From positions 4,653,181 to 4,717,180 of the forward strand of contig OZ316895.1 in the NCBI GenBank assembly GCA_973895155.1: DNA of 64,000 bases, given 5' to 3'. The stretch comes from Marsupella aquatica. Lineage: Eukaryota; Plantae; Marchantiophyta. The stretch's first letter is position 1. Each line of letters starts with the position of its first letter. Position numbers and translations under genes: made by a program. Shown one piece after another: positions 12,276-23,983 of the stretch. The notes beneath the pieces were generated by a model, which was given only the letters and a program-made list of their open reading frames with translations, had not been told where the DNA came from and made no database searches.

Positions 12276-14064
12276 GACTTATTTAGCAAAGAACTCCTCA
12301 TGGAGGTCCATATTAATTAAGGAGGAAGGCCAATCTCATCCAGCTTAACGCTTGTAGGATGCACTTACTGTCCAATAGCCAGGGTAGAGTTACCCAATGA
12401 ATCAGGGCTGGAGAGAAGAAATTAATTTCAAAGATATTAGAAAATCTCCAAACAAACTGCAACTACGAGCCCCTTTCTCGCCTTAGCTATGTCTTTGCAG
12501 TTTTTCTTCGTGACTTTCTTAATATGCTCATCGCAAACTAGCACCATACCATGCATATCAGGTATCTTCCAAATTGAACTCCCCTTGAATTCCCTATGTC
12601 CTTGTAATTACTCAGGACTCACCAATATCACAACGCATCAAAATGGTCACAACACTCTTCAATTTGAGTCACAAAATTATCAAGACTTGGCAAGCAATCT
12701 ACTGGCAATCTAGCATATTGGTTACTCAAGTACATCAGAAAATTATCTAGAGGTTTCACAAGCATTCTAAAATATTGGTCAGTCAAGTACAATATTTAAG
12801 AAAAAAATTTGGGGCACAAATCTAAAATATTAGTTAGTCAGGTAGAAACTTTTAATATTTATTGGGGGCACAAGCTAGGATGGCACATAGTAACTGTCAG
12901 CAATGATCTTTTACTTGACTAAAATACCGCCAGAATCTTCCCTTATCGTGCTACTTGCCATTATAGCATGTTTATCATGTAACATGTCCCTTTGTTTTGT
13001 CTTGTTTTGTTAGTGATATGTAATTTATTTAATTTATCTTACAATAATAAAAATAGATACATGAAAAATATATGCCAAAATTAATTTATATTAATTAAGA
13101 ATGAGGTGACATAACACACAAAACCATAAGTACACATGCAACAAAAAGGCACATTATGACCAAGAAAGTACAAAAGTATTAAAGAGTTATGCACGTATAG
13201 TACAACTTTTCACTTGCTTCTAGGTAATAACCGTAAACTCAATTAAAATCATAAATTTTGTAAAGGAAACAGGAGGGGAATTTAGCACACCAGATGTGCA
13301 CATTGTTGAAATTCCTTTCTCTCACTCTCATGAGCAAAAAGAAAATTCACGAAAAGCATGATTGAAAATGAAAGATTAAATATTTATGAGAGGCTCCAAA
13401 TACATTAAAACACTCTAAGTTCACTAAAATTAAAAGGGATGCAAAAGTTACTTCAAAATCAAACTAATACAAATTCTTCACCTGATCTGAATAAGACAAA
13501 ATGCAAAAAATGTATTCACCATAGAGCAGCAGCTTCATAATTATCGTGTTGCTGGCCATATGATCTAAAGAAAAGTTGAGGGAACAAACATTCAACTTTC
13601 CAAAGTTTTTTTGGTTCCCGAGTCTCACCTTGTTTTATCGCGTCACACAAACACTAATGGTACGTGTCTGACTCAAACATAATCCTTTCTTTTTTCTGCG
13701 ATGACAACCACTGACATCACGTGTTGCCAGTAATTTTGGTGTCATGGGGTTCGCTACCAAGTAACAAGTGTAAAGGAGAATGGTTGGAAGAGTGTTGGAT
13801 TTTGATTTGAATGCAATTCCTTGACTCTCTGTTGGCTGACAACCAAAAACTTGTGTTTCCACCCATACAAAGTCATGGCAGCCAGTTTGGGAGTATTTCT
13901 TGAGTTTTCATGCATTCCCCTTACACTGTCACCTCCTATGGTATCACTTGTCAATGCCTATTTTTTGTTGGGTGAACGTGATCGTCCCTGTGGTATCACT
14001 TTTAATGGTTATTTATTTATTGATCGTCCTTATGGTACCACGGATTCATTGCCCTGTCCTGAAT

Positions 14065-14188
14065 TATTGGAGACGCTGACGGACGGTTTGGTTGGCTCTC
14101 TTCAATGGCGATTATTCAGAATTGTAAAATGCTTCGCGGACGATTTCGGCTGATCGAGCTAGAAACGCTACCCCATAGCTTCCAACGT
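14065..14188 (+). pseudogene. Degenerate LRR relic related to the downstream NLR repeats
   Basis: TGTCCTGAATTATTGGAGACGCTGACGGACGGTTTGGTTGGCTCTCTTCAATGG resembles TGTCCGAGATTGGAGACGCTGCCTGACGGTTTTGGAAGGCTCTCTTCATTGG (about 19983-20034). It is followed by GACGATTTCGGC and GAGCTAGAAACGCTACCCCATAGCTTC. Indels are present. Confidence 0.7.
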
Positions 14189-14594
14189 TGTCGAAGGGCT
14201 TCGGTTTCTCGCATTTGGGGCCTTTTTTTGCTCACATTGAGTTATAGTATAATATAATCTGCCGGCCGGCTGTTAGCTACAGTCTGTTGTGCTTTCGCCT
14301 GTTTTTATTTCTTCTCGATCAAGGTTACTCAGCTTCTCGTCCTCGATTCCGTTCGACCGAGGGCTCCACAATTTCTTAAAGCTCTAAGGCGATTCTGGAG
14401 GATTGAGAGTATCGAGAAACACTACTGGGAGTCGTCATCACCGACTGACTTCACTTCACTTGCCCATATAAAAGGGCCCCATTCCCTACCCGGCTACAGT
14501 AGTGCTCCTTCGTGCAAAGTGGTGAACAAGGCACTGTCCCCTCTTGTACAGGTCCATTCCTAGTGAAACTGAAAGTGTGCACTGTATAATGATG

Positions 14595-15052
14595 TATAAT
14601 GAGAGCTACGGGTAACCCGTGGCTCTTCTACGGGTACTTCTGGTTTAATCCTTGAGGACTTAATTTTCATGATCGAGGTAGTCTTCTTCTTGGCAAGCCC
14701 TAAGGATCAAAACCTACTTTGCATCTTAACGTGTTTCTAGGAGAATATGCTTTTCGATCCACGGTCGTCCAGACCCCGTCCTTTCCCCCTGAAGTTTCTG
14801 TTCAATGTTCAATCTGTTTTTGTCTTATAATGAGAGCTACGGGTAACCCGTGGCTCTTCTATGGGTACTTCTGATTTAATCCTTGAGGACTTAGTTTTCA
14901 TGATCGAGGTAGTCTTCTTCTGGGCAAGCCTAAGGATCAAGCCTACTTTGCATCTTAACGTGTTTCTAGGAGAATATGCTTTTCGATACGGTCGTCCAGA
15001 CCCCGTTCTTTCTCCCCTGAAGTTTCTGTTCAATCTTCAATCTGTTTTGTCT
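14595..15052. repeat. Near-identical tandem duplication (about 230 nt x2), each unit starting with a GC-rich hairpin
   Basis: Units begin TATAATGAGAGCTACGGGTAACCCGTGGCTC at 14595 and 14826 and differ by few substitutions and indels. Confidence 0.95.
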
Positions 15053-15622
15053 TATCATCAGCTGGCTTCCTTGTCGCTCATGGTCCAAAGTTTTTGGCAG
15101 CTGATATATAAGATTCTCATCTTTCCTTCCCTCCCTACGTGGAATACATGCAATATTCATCCGACCGTTATCAGTTGCAGTTGCCAGGAGAAGCAGTTCA
15201 GTTCTAGAAGAATGGGTCTTAGCCAAAGTAATGGTATCCCAGCCAGATTCACTCTATTGGTCGTCATGTAGTCCACAGTCAGATTTTGGTATTGGCCCTG
15301 ATCGAGATGATGTGTTCTTTGTTAACTTTGTTTTGTTGACACTGCTAGCTCTCTTACAGTGTTACCGACGGAGTGCTGTGACTCCACAAGCAGTGGCTCA
15401 CAAACCAAACTCATGAGTCAAGACCCTGAAGAACTTCTCTGACATGTTTATTTGCATCAAGCCATCTGAAAAGTCAGAGGTGTAATCATTTACACGGTCT
15501 CCATCTCCAATAAGCTAGCACCCACAATGTGTCTGCACGTAGAAAACTGAGAGCGGGCTGCTCTTTGAAACTCTTAGTAGTCATCCTTCGATTTGGTTTC
15601 CCTTCCTAGTCTAGACGAGGAT

Positions 15623-18600
15623 ATGGGCTGGATATGGGATTTGCTCTCCAGGCTGATGGGCTGGATCTGGAATCTGCTCTCTATGCTGTCGTCCTTTAAT
15701 CTTGTTCGTCCTCCTAGTTTAGAAGAGGATATGGTTTCCATAAGGGATCTGCTCTCCCGGCTACCGACAGATATAAAAGCACATGTTACACTTTCAACAT
15801 GGGGGTCGCCATCAAGAGCAGAGTGTGAAGATGGTCCTCTCCGACTACGGGAGGTAGAAGTTCGTTATTGCTTTAGAACTTGGGGTTTTGTTTGGGTTTA
15901 GTTACTAAATCTCAATTCCTCAGCAACACCTTTCACTGAGGTTCCTCTGGCTAAGAGTGCTCGCTATTTCCATTATCATCAATAGTATTTTGTTGCTCAA
16001 ACTTGTGATAATGGTGCCCCTTGTTCATGTTAATCTCGTTGCAGATTAATGACTATGTTTATGAATTATGGAGTCCTGTAGACTCGCCCCCCTCGGTCGA
16101 GCTCGTCTTTTTCCATGGTCTCCAACTGAAAAAATCGCAAGAATCACATCTTGACACATGGATCGCAGAAGATGGTTCCGTACTGTGGCTGAATTGGATC
16201 GTGGAAGAGTTTCCCAATGCCCGGATTCTAGTTATTTCCTACGATGCACACACAAGGAGAAACACGACAGATGGGCATATGGATATGTTTGTCACAACAG
16301 AAAATTTGCTCCAGTGTTTGACAGAAGCAGGAGCTCAAGTTGGGCAAAGTAAATGCCCCGTGATTTTAGTGGGACATTGCATTGGAGGGCTTGTGATGAA
16401 ACAACTTTGCGTTTCTGCCACCAGGAAAGTAGCTATGGCCCTTAAGGAACATACGCAACCTGTGCAAAAGTTTTTAGACAACCTAAAAGGACTGTTCTTT
16501 TATGCCACTCCACACCATGGGACCAGGCTAGCTGAATCCAACACAGTATTCAGAAAAGGGATACTCTTTGCAGACTCTGCACCTCTCAATCCGGAAGCTG
16601 CAAGGCGAAATGAAGATTTTCGTAGCTTACGGGGGAAATATGGGTGGAGTACTCGTGGAGTAGGAGAAACAAATGCAGTCGCCCTGGTATGTAGCTACCG
16701 CTTTCATGTCCAACACTAACAAATAAAACAATATATGTACTTCTGTCATATCGTGATCTCAAATGTTGTTCTTATCGCAAAACATATGAGAAAAAGCCAG
16801 ATGAGAGAAACATCATTTGCAACAAAGAATATGTCAGTCTTTGTTCCACTCTATTTTATGATCATCCTCCCCTGTCCTCTGGGGTAAAACCTAGACGATG
16901 GATTGTTGAAGTAGAAATTGGAGAGTTATCCTCATCAGTTTGTTGCCATCTATCTTCCCAATACTTCTTCCAATCGTTATATGCACAGTATCTGATTAGA
17001 GAGATTTATACTAGGCTGAAAAAGCTTCTTAATTTTGCAAACAATTTTACAAACCAGGTTGAATAGTTTGTCTAGTGCTTTATGTTGGAGCCTGGCTAAT
17101 CTTTTCCTCCATCAAATTCAAAGCACCACACCATGATACAGCTATGACCTGAGAAATTCTCAGAAGGATGGATTACTGAACCATGTGCAGTAGATTGAAG
17201 TTTTGTTCTGGCAACTTTCCACAGGGGAGATTCAGAGGCCTTATTGTGGAAGAGGCATCTGCAAGGAGTGATGTGGATAAATTTTACACAGCTCCAAACA
17301 CTGACCACTTCAATGTTTCTAGACCAAAATCAACTACTTCGTCCAACTATAGGCTCTTAGTGGATTTCATTGCTGATGTGATGAAACAGGTAATTAAGTA
17401 AGAGTTGAAAGCCAATAACGAAGACGCTCAGAATATGTTGTGAAGTTACAGCGAGGATGTTTCTTTGTGTTGAGCTTGGTAGACTTTCTTGTTTCTGCGA
17501 AGAAGAGCAACTATATTCAATCGAATTGTCTCGTTTGTGTACATTCAAGACTTGACTTGGACTGTTCTATCTTTCAGTCAGACGGACAGATTCACGATGA
17601 CGAGCATGTTCACAAAATATGTACGGGCCTCCCAGATCATTCTGTCGGCCTGACAACGCGTGCTCGGGAAGTTCAAGAATTGCTGAAGGATGGAGCTGTT
17701 TTGGGGATCTTTGGCATGGGTGGAATCGGGAAGACCACCCTTGTCCGGGAAGTGTTCAACAATATTTCAAAAGACTTTGAGTACACCTGCTTCGTCGATA
17801 CTGTGAAAGGCTTCGCCATTAACGTATTGGAGAAGGTGGTTCTTGAGAGCTTTCATCACAAAGGGGTCAAGCTGGATGGGACTCAATCGGAATGGTCTCG
17901 GATGAAGGGGAAGAAAGCATTGGTCGCTATGGATGACGTTGACTCGGTAGATCAATTACTTCGAGCCCTGCCTTCATGGCAGCACTTCGGGGATGGCAGT
18001 TGCTTCATCATCACAAGCCGTAATCAAGAGGTTTTCAAGTTTCACAAAAACTCTAGTGTCTATGAGCTTCAATTTTTGGACACCAATGAGGCGATGAAGC
18101 TTTTCTGCACACATGCGTTCGGCTCAGACAGAATTCCTCCAGGTAATTCGGAGCAGTTGGTTGAGTCAGTGGTGGGGAAATGCGGTGGGTTGCCACTGAC
18201 GCTGGAAGTTATGGGCCGGTACCTTCGTAACATAAAATCGGGTGAACTGTGGGAGGACACAATAGACAATCTCCAGAAAGCTATATCCGTTGAGGGAGCT
18301 CAAACTGAAGACGACAGATTGTGGGCTAGATTGGAGGTGAGCTATAATAAGCTTTTAAACGAGGCGCAAGATTTGTTTTGTGACGCGGCCACGTTTTTCT
18401 TTGGAGAGCGATTGGACACAGCCCTTGCTGCGTGGAATAACAGGAAGGCGGAGACAACATGGAAAAACTTGGTTGATAGGGCAATGGTGAAGGAAGTCAC
18501 CGTGACAGGCTGGGAATCTGCACACCCAGTTCAATACAAGATAGTGTGGGTCCATGAGCAATTGCGAGACCTGGCTAAGAAGAAGCTTGTGCAAAATACC

Positions 18601-21600
18601 ATGCTGCAAGGTAGCGGTGAAGATGATGTGAACTCGCTGGTGGATCAACTCAACGCAGGAAAGGTGAGAGACGTTACCGATACAAGTGGTGTAGATTAAG
18701 TTCAGCTTTTGGAACGACTACATATTAATTTAACAATCTTTGCTGTGCTCTTTGCATCATTCTCGTTTATTTTTCTTTCTCACATAACTTTACTACTAGG
18801 ATAATACTGTACTGATTCGAGATTTTATGTTAGCAGGTGAATGAAAATACCAGAAGTTTGCGGCTTGAAAAAGGTACTTTCCGAGGTAGATTCGACACGA
18901 CACTGAAGGTGGAGTCGTTAGTTCGGTTGGAACAATTGAAATACGTGAAGATTGAGGGTATTCCTCTTGAAGGTGAGCGAAAGGGTCTTGCAGGAAAGCT
19001 TCGTCTTCTTCGATGGGACTTCGACTCTATCATCAGTCCTCCATTCCAGACCAGCTTCATCAAAATGTCTGATCTAGCTGTCTTGCAACTCAGCGGCTGT
19101 GTGACCTCGAAGGATTTCCCTGAAACCTTGGGAAACCTCGTCAACCTGCGCATTTTGGAACTCAGTCATTGTGTTGTCCCGCAGGGATTCGGTGAGCTGG
19201 AATGGTCACGACCCCGGGAGTTAGTCTCTCAATTATTACCCGAATCATTCGGCCAGCTTACGAGTTTGAAGGATTTGAGAATTGTTTCCGATGAGCTAGA
19301 GACGCTACCCAACAGTTTCGGCTCTCTCAAATCCTTGGGGAACGTGAAGTTGTCTTGTCCCAGATTGAAGCAACTGCCCGACAGTTTCGGAAGGCTCTCT
19401 TCACTGGAAGCATTAAGGCTGATGTGTGACGATCTAAACAGCTTGTCCAATGATTTCGGAAACCTCGCGACTCTGAAGGACTTGTCCATTAAGTCATCGA
19501 AGTTGGGGACCTTACCTGACAGCTTCGGCGGTCTCAATTCTATCCAAAATGTGATATTGGATTGTCCCGAATTGGAGAGGCTGCCCGACGATTTCGGAAG
19601 GCTCTCTTCCCTCGAACATTTAACGCTGAGGAACTGTTCGCATCTAAAAAGCTTGCCAGATGACTTCGGCCAGCTCGCATCTCTGAAGGAATTGACCATA
19701 GAGTCCGATGACCTCGACAGCCTACTGGACGGTATTGGCGATATCAAATCCGTCCGAAGCCTAGGGTTGAATTGTCCCAAATTAGAGCGCCTGCCCGACG
19801 GTTTCGGAAAGCTCTCTTCGCTCGAACATTTAATACTAAAGAACTGTCGGCATCTAAAAAGCTTGTCGAATGACTTCGACCAGCTCACAACTCTGAAGGA
19901 TTTGACTATTCAGTCCCATGAGCTCAAGAGCTTACCGGCCGGTTTCCACCGTCTCAAATCCGTCGAAAAGCTTAAGTTGGAGTGTCCGAGATTGGAGACG
20001 CTGCCTGACGGTTTTGGAAGGCTCTCTTCATTGGAACTATTTGAACTAAGTTCAGAACTAAAAAGCTTCCCGAGTGACTTCGGCCAACTGGCAACTCTGG
20101 AGTATTTATATTTAGGCATGGATGCGCTAGAGCGCTTACCGGACAGTTTTGGCGATCTGAAATCCGCCAACGACCTCGAGTTGGATTGTCCGAAACTGGA
20201 GAGGCTCCCCGACGCTTTTGGAAGGCTCTCTTCATTGGCATGGTTGACGATGAATTGTTCAGAACTAGAAAGCTTGCCAAATGACTTCGGCCAACTGGGA
20301 ACTCTGGAGTTTTTGAGCATTGAGTCCCATGCGCTAGAGAACTTACCGGACAGTTTTGGCGATCTGAAATCCGTCAACGACCTCGAGTTGGATTGTCCGA
20401 AACTGGAGAGGTTCCCCGACGCTTTTGGAAGGCTCTCTTCATTGGCACGGTTGACGATGAATTGTTCAAAACTAAAAAGCTTGCCAAATGACTTCGGCCA
20501 ACTGGGAACTCTGAAGTTTTTGACCATTCAGTCCGATGCGCTAGAGAGCTTACCGGACAGTTCTGGCGATCTGAAATCCGTCAACTACCTCGAGTTGGAT
20601 TGTCCGAAATTGGAGAGGCTCCCCGACGCTTTTGGAAGGCTCTCTTCATTGGCAGAGTTGACGATGAATTGTTCAAAACTAAAAAGCTTGCCAAATGACT
20701 TCGGCCAACTGGGAACTCTGGAGTTTTTGAGCATTGAGTCCCATGCGCTAGAGAGCTTACCGGACAGTTTTGGCGATCTGAAATCCGTCGACCACCTTGA
20801 CTTGGATTGTCCGAAATTGGAGAGGCTCCCCGACGCTTTTGGAAGGCTCTCTTCATTGGCACGGTTGACGATGAATTGTTCAAAACTAAAAAGCTTGCCA
20901 AATGACTTCGGCCAACTGGCAACTCTGAAGTATTTGACCATTCAGTCCGATGCGCTAGAGAGCTTACCGGACAGTTCTGGCGATCTGAAATCCGTCAACT
21001 ACCTCGTCTTGGATTGTCCGAAATTGGAGAGGCTCCCCGACACTTTTGGAAGGCTCTCTTCATTGGCATGGTTGACGATGAATTGTTCAAAACTAAAAAG
21101 CTTGCCAAATGACTTCGGCCAACTGGCAACTCTGAAGTATTTGAGCATTGAGTCCCATGCGCTAGAGAGCTTACCGGACAGTTTTGGCGATCTGAAATCC
21201 GTCGACCACCTCGACTTGGATTGTCCGAAATTGGAGAGGCTCCCCGACGCTTTTGGAAGGCTCTCTTCATTGGCACGGTTGACGATGAATTGTTCAAAAC
21301 TAAAAAGCTTGTCCGATGACTTCGGTCAGCTTGCAAGTCTGCAGGATTTGAACCTTCAGTCCTATGAGCTAGAGAGCTTACCGAACAGTTTTGGCCATCT
21401 CAAATCTGTCCAAATCCTGAGGTTAGATTGTCCGGAATTGGAGAGGCTGCCTGACAGTTTTGGAAGGCTCTCTGCATTGGCAAGTTTGAGAATGGATTGT
21501 TTAAAACTGAGAAGCTTGTCAAATGACTTTGGCCAGCTCGCAACTCTGCGTTCTTTGACCATCAAGGCCCATAAGCTGAAGAGCTTACCGGACAGTTTTG

Positions 21601-21695
21601 GGAATCTGAAAACCGTCCGAGAACTTGTGTTGGATTGTCCGCGATTGAAGAGGTGCCCGACAGTTTTGGACGGCTCTCTTCATTGGCAAGGTTGA
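15623..21695 (+). CDS. Alpha/beta-hydrolase-NB-ARC-LRR immune receptor (HNL / Hyd-NLR class)
   Basis: Predicted exons 15623-15853, 16045-16686, 17225-17389, 17578-18663 and 18837-21695, all GT-AG and phase 0; exon 1 is the least certain. Hydrolase motifs VFFHGL, GHCIGG, FYATPHHG, DHFNVSRP. NB-ARC motifs GMGGIGKTT, AMDDV, GSCFIITSRN, GGLPL, VHE. About 36 LRRs. The ORF ends after a 1-nt deletion at 21653/21654. Confidence 0.9.
20136..21377 (+). repeat. Coding higher-order repeat: six near-identical 207-nt units (3 x 69-nt LRRs) with 414-nt alternation
   Basis: TTACCGGACAG starts at 20136, 20343, 20550, 20757, 20964 and 21171. The register continues at 21378, 21585 and, shifted by -1, 21791. 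Confidence 0.95.
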
Positions 21696-22673
21696 GAATG
21701 GATTGTCCACAACTTAAAAGGTTGTCGAATGACTTTGGCCAGCTGGCAACTCTGCGGTATTTGGCGATTAAGTCCCATAAGGTAGTGAGCTTACCGGGCA
21801 GGTTTGGCGATTCAAATCCGTCCAAAACTTGGTGTTGGATTGTCCGAAATTGGAGAGGCTGCCGCCACTGTCAGATTGCTCTCTTCGTTGGCGAGTTTGA
21901 GAATGGATAGTTTAGAACTAAAAAGCCTGTCAAATGTCTTCGGCCAGCTCGCAACCCTGCAGTATTTGGTCCCATGAGTTTGGTCCCATGAGTTAGAGAG
22001 GACAGTTTTGGCAATCTCAATCTGTCCGACACCTGGTGTTGGATTCTCCGAAATTGGAGAGGCTGCCCGACGTTTGGGAAGGCTCTCTTCAGTGGCAAGG
22101 TCGAGAATGGAATGTCCAGAGCTGACTGCGGCCAGTTTGCAACTCTGAAGGATTTTACTATGGAGTCCCTTGAAGTAGAGAGATTCACGGAGTTTTGGGG
22201 ATCTTAAATCCGTCCGAACCTTGGTGTTAGATGGTCGGAAATTGGAGAGGGTGCCGGACGGTTTTGAAAGGCTCTCTTCGTTGGCAACGTATGAGGAAGC
22301 CAGTCAGGAGGCAGTTTTACAAACTCAGCGCGAGGACTTCAGTGACACGGTTGCTGAGGTAAGTTGAAACTTCCCCCACCCGTGAGAGTTTGGGAGTTTT
22401 AAATTGGAGTAACTTTGCTATAATTTGTCCGTCAGTTGAACAAGTTTCCGTTGAGACTGGACATTTTCTCTGTCGATGTATGTTTGGTCATAGTTTAGTT
22501 GATGACAACCTGCTCTGCTTTCAGCCGGGAATGTTTGGTTGGTGTACTAAGCAGTCGTTGGTGATTGATTGATTACTGTTCAGGCTGAACAGAAAGGAAG
22601 CGAAAAAGCACAAGAAAAGGAGGGCAAAACGAGGCAACAAAAGGATTTCAAGAGTTGGTTTCCCAGAAGTTGA
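21654..22673 (+). pseudogene. Frameshifted, decaying LRR tail and orphaned terminal exon of the NLR
   Basis: LRR-coding sequence continues to about 22290 with multiple indels. Donor GAG|GTAAGT at 22359. Acceptor TTCAG at 22583, then an open 30-codon exon 22584-22673 (AEQKGSEKAQEKEGKTRQQKDFKSWFPRS*). Confidence 0.75.
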
Positions 22674-23740
22674 GAGGCAGCCATCCTGACGGAAGTGCAT
22701 ACCTACCTACTGAGATATTTAGACGGGAAGAGTTCAAATGGTTGCTACAAGTTTGATATTCATTGTGCATATTTTAGAGCCCGGACTTTGATGTTCACGA
22801 TGTATGCACCACCTTGGAAATGTCAACAGAGTAGAGGGCTGAAATGATGCAGAAAAAGTTCTTCTATGAGGAAATCAAGATGGAGCATTTAGTTCGCTAT
22901 GCGGAAATTTTGGAGTTATTGTTCAGTTACTAAAATTCAGCTTGCATTACTCTAGCGTTAATCTATTGAATCCCACATTTCCCGATCTGAACCGTCACGG
23001 AGTGGATTGAGCTGCTAGTCCCTCTCCTGGCGTTGACATCTGTGTGTACAGGAGGGGGCCTTAGATAAGTGACACTGTGATGTGGAAGACTTCATGAGAA
23101 CAGTTTCTATCTCCCACATATCCTGTTTGTCGTTTGAATGCCTCCCTCCCGTGGTTGTGCGCGGTCGTGCATGGGACAAGCTCATCATTGTGCCAAGGAT
23201 TCTAATATGTAAATGATATGTGAACCTTTGATGTTTCACTTTTGGCACTCAGAAGCAGGCTCCATCCCCCGCCCCAAACTTCTTTCAGGAGATGGGACCC
23301 GAAGTGAAAACCGTCAAGATACTGCTTTCAGAAGTAGAATAAACGAGTAGTACTCATTTTTTGTTATTTTTGTGATGTTAAACTTCGTGTGGACAACACA
23401 GTCCTTATGCATGCATGGGCTAAATTAATGGATTAAAATTCAAAACACATGTTGACGATGGTATTTCGAATGTTTGCCATCGGTTTTGTTGTCCCAAGTG
23501 CGTGCGATGGGAATTGGAATATTGCAATGCGTGTTTCCAGCCCCAACCTACTGTCGGAGTCTTGATCCTGGATGTATGTGTCATACCAGGGTAAAAGATG
23601 TGGCTAAGGTAATCGACCAGATAGACAAAGCGGGCGTGTTAGCCAGGTTCAAGTAACCACTCTGCGTCACAGCTTTTGCAACCTCCGCATTCCAGCACAG
23701 TCTCCAAGCACAGTCACAGTCAATGTTTTGATCGCCTTTG

Positions 23741-23983
23741 CACTGAGGGCAGATTCTTTAGTCTGGCTGAAACACTTGAAATAAGTGAAGATTGATGGTA
23801 TTCCTCTTGGAGGTGAGGGAAAGGGTCTTGCAGAAAAGCTTCGTCGTTTACGACGGGACTTCCACTCTGTCATCATTCCTCCGTCATTCCAGACCAGCCT
23901 CATCAGAATTGTCTGACTTTGCGGTCTTGCAGCTCAGTGGCTGTGTGACCCTGAACGATTTCCCTGAATCCTTGGGAAACCTC
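23741..23983 (+). pseudogene. Disabled paralogous fragment of the start of the NLR LRR exon
   Basis: Collinear with 18901-19139 (GTGAAGATTGA.GGTATTCCTCTTG.AGGTGAG.GAAAGGGTCTTGCAG.AAAGCTTCGTC...CCTTGGGAAACCTC). It has an in-frame TAA replacing TAC, plus indels. Confidence 0.88.

Noticed and set aside
14467-14473. TATAAAA as the NLR TATA box
   Set aside because: It lies more than 1.1 kb from the predicted ATG, with no transcript evidence.
10267-17389. MAGL gene as the donor of the NLR hydrolase domain
   Set aside because: The motif sets differ (CHGYG/GESMGG versus FHGL/GHCIGG/ATPHHG), so these are different hydrolase families.
19229-21565. Several long minus-strand ORFs
   Set aside because: They are antisense shadows of the repetitive LRR exon.
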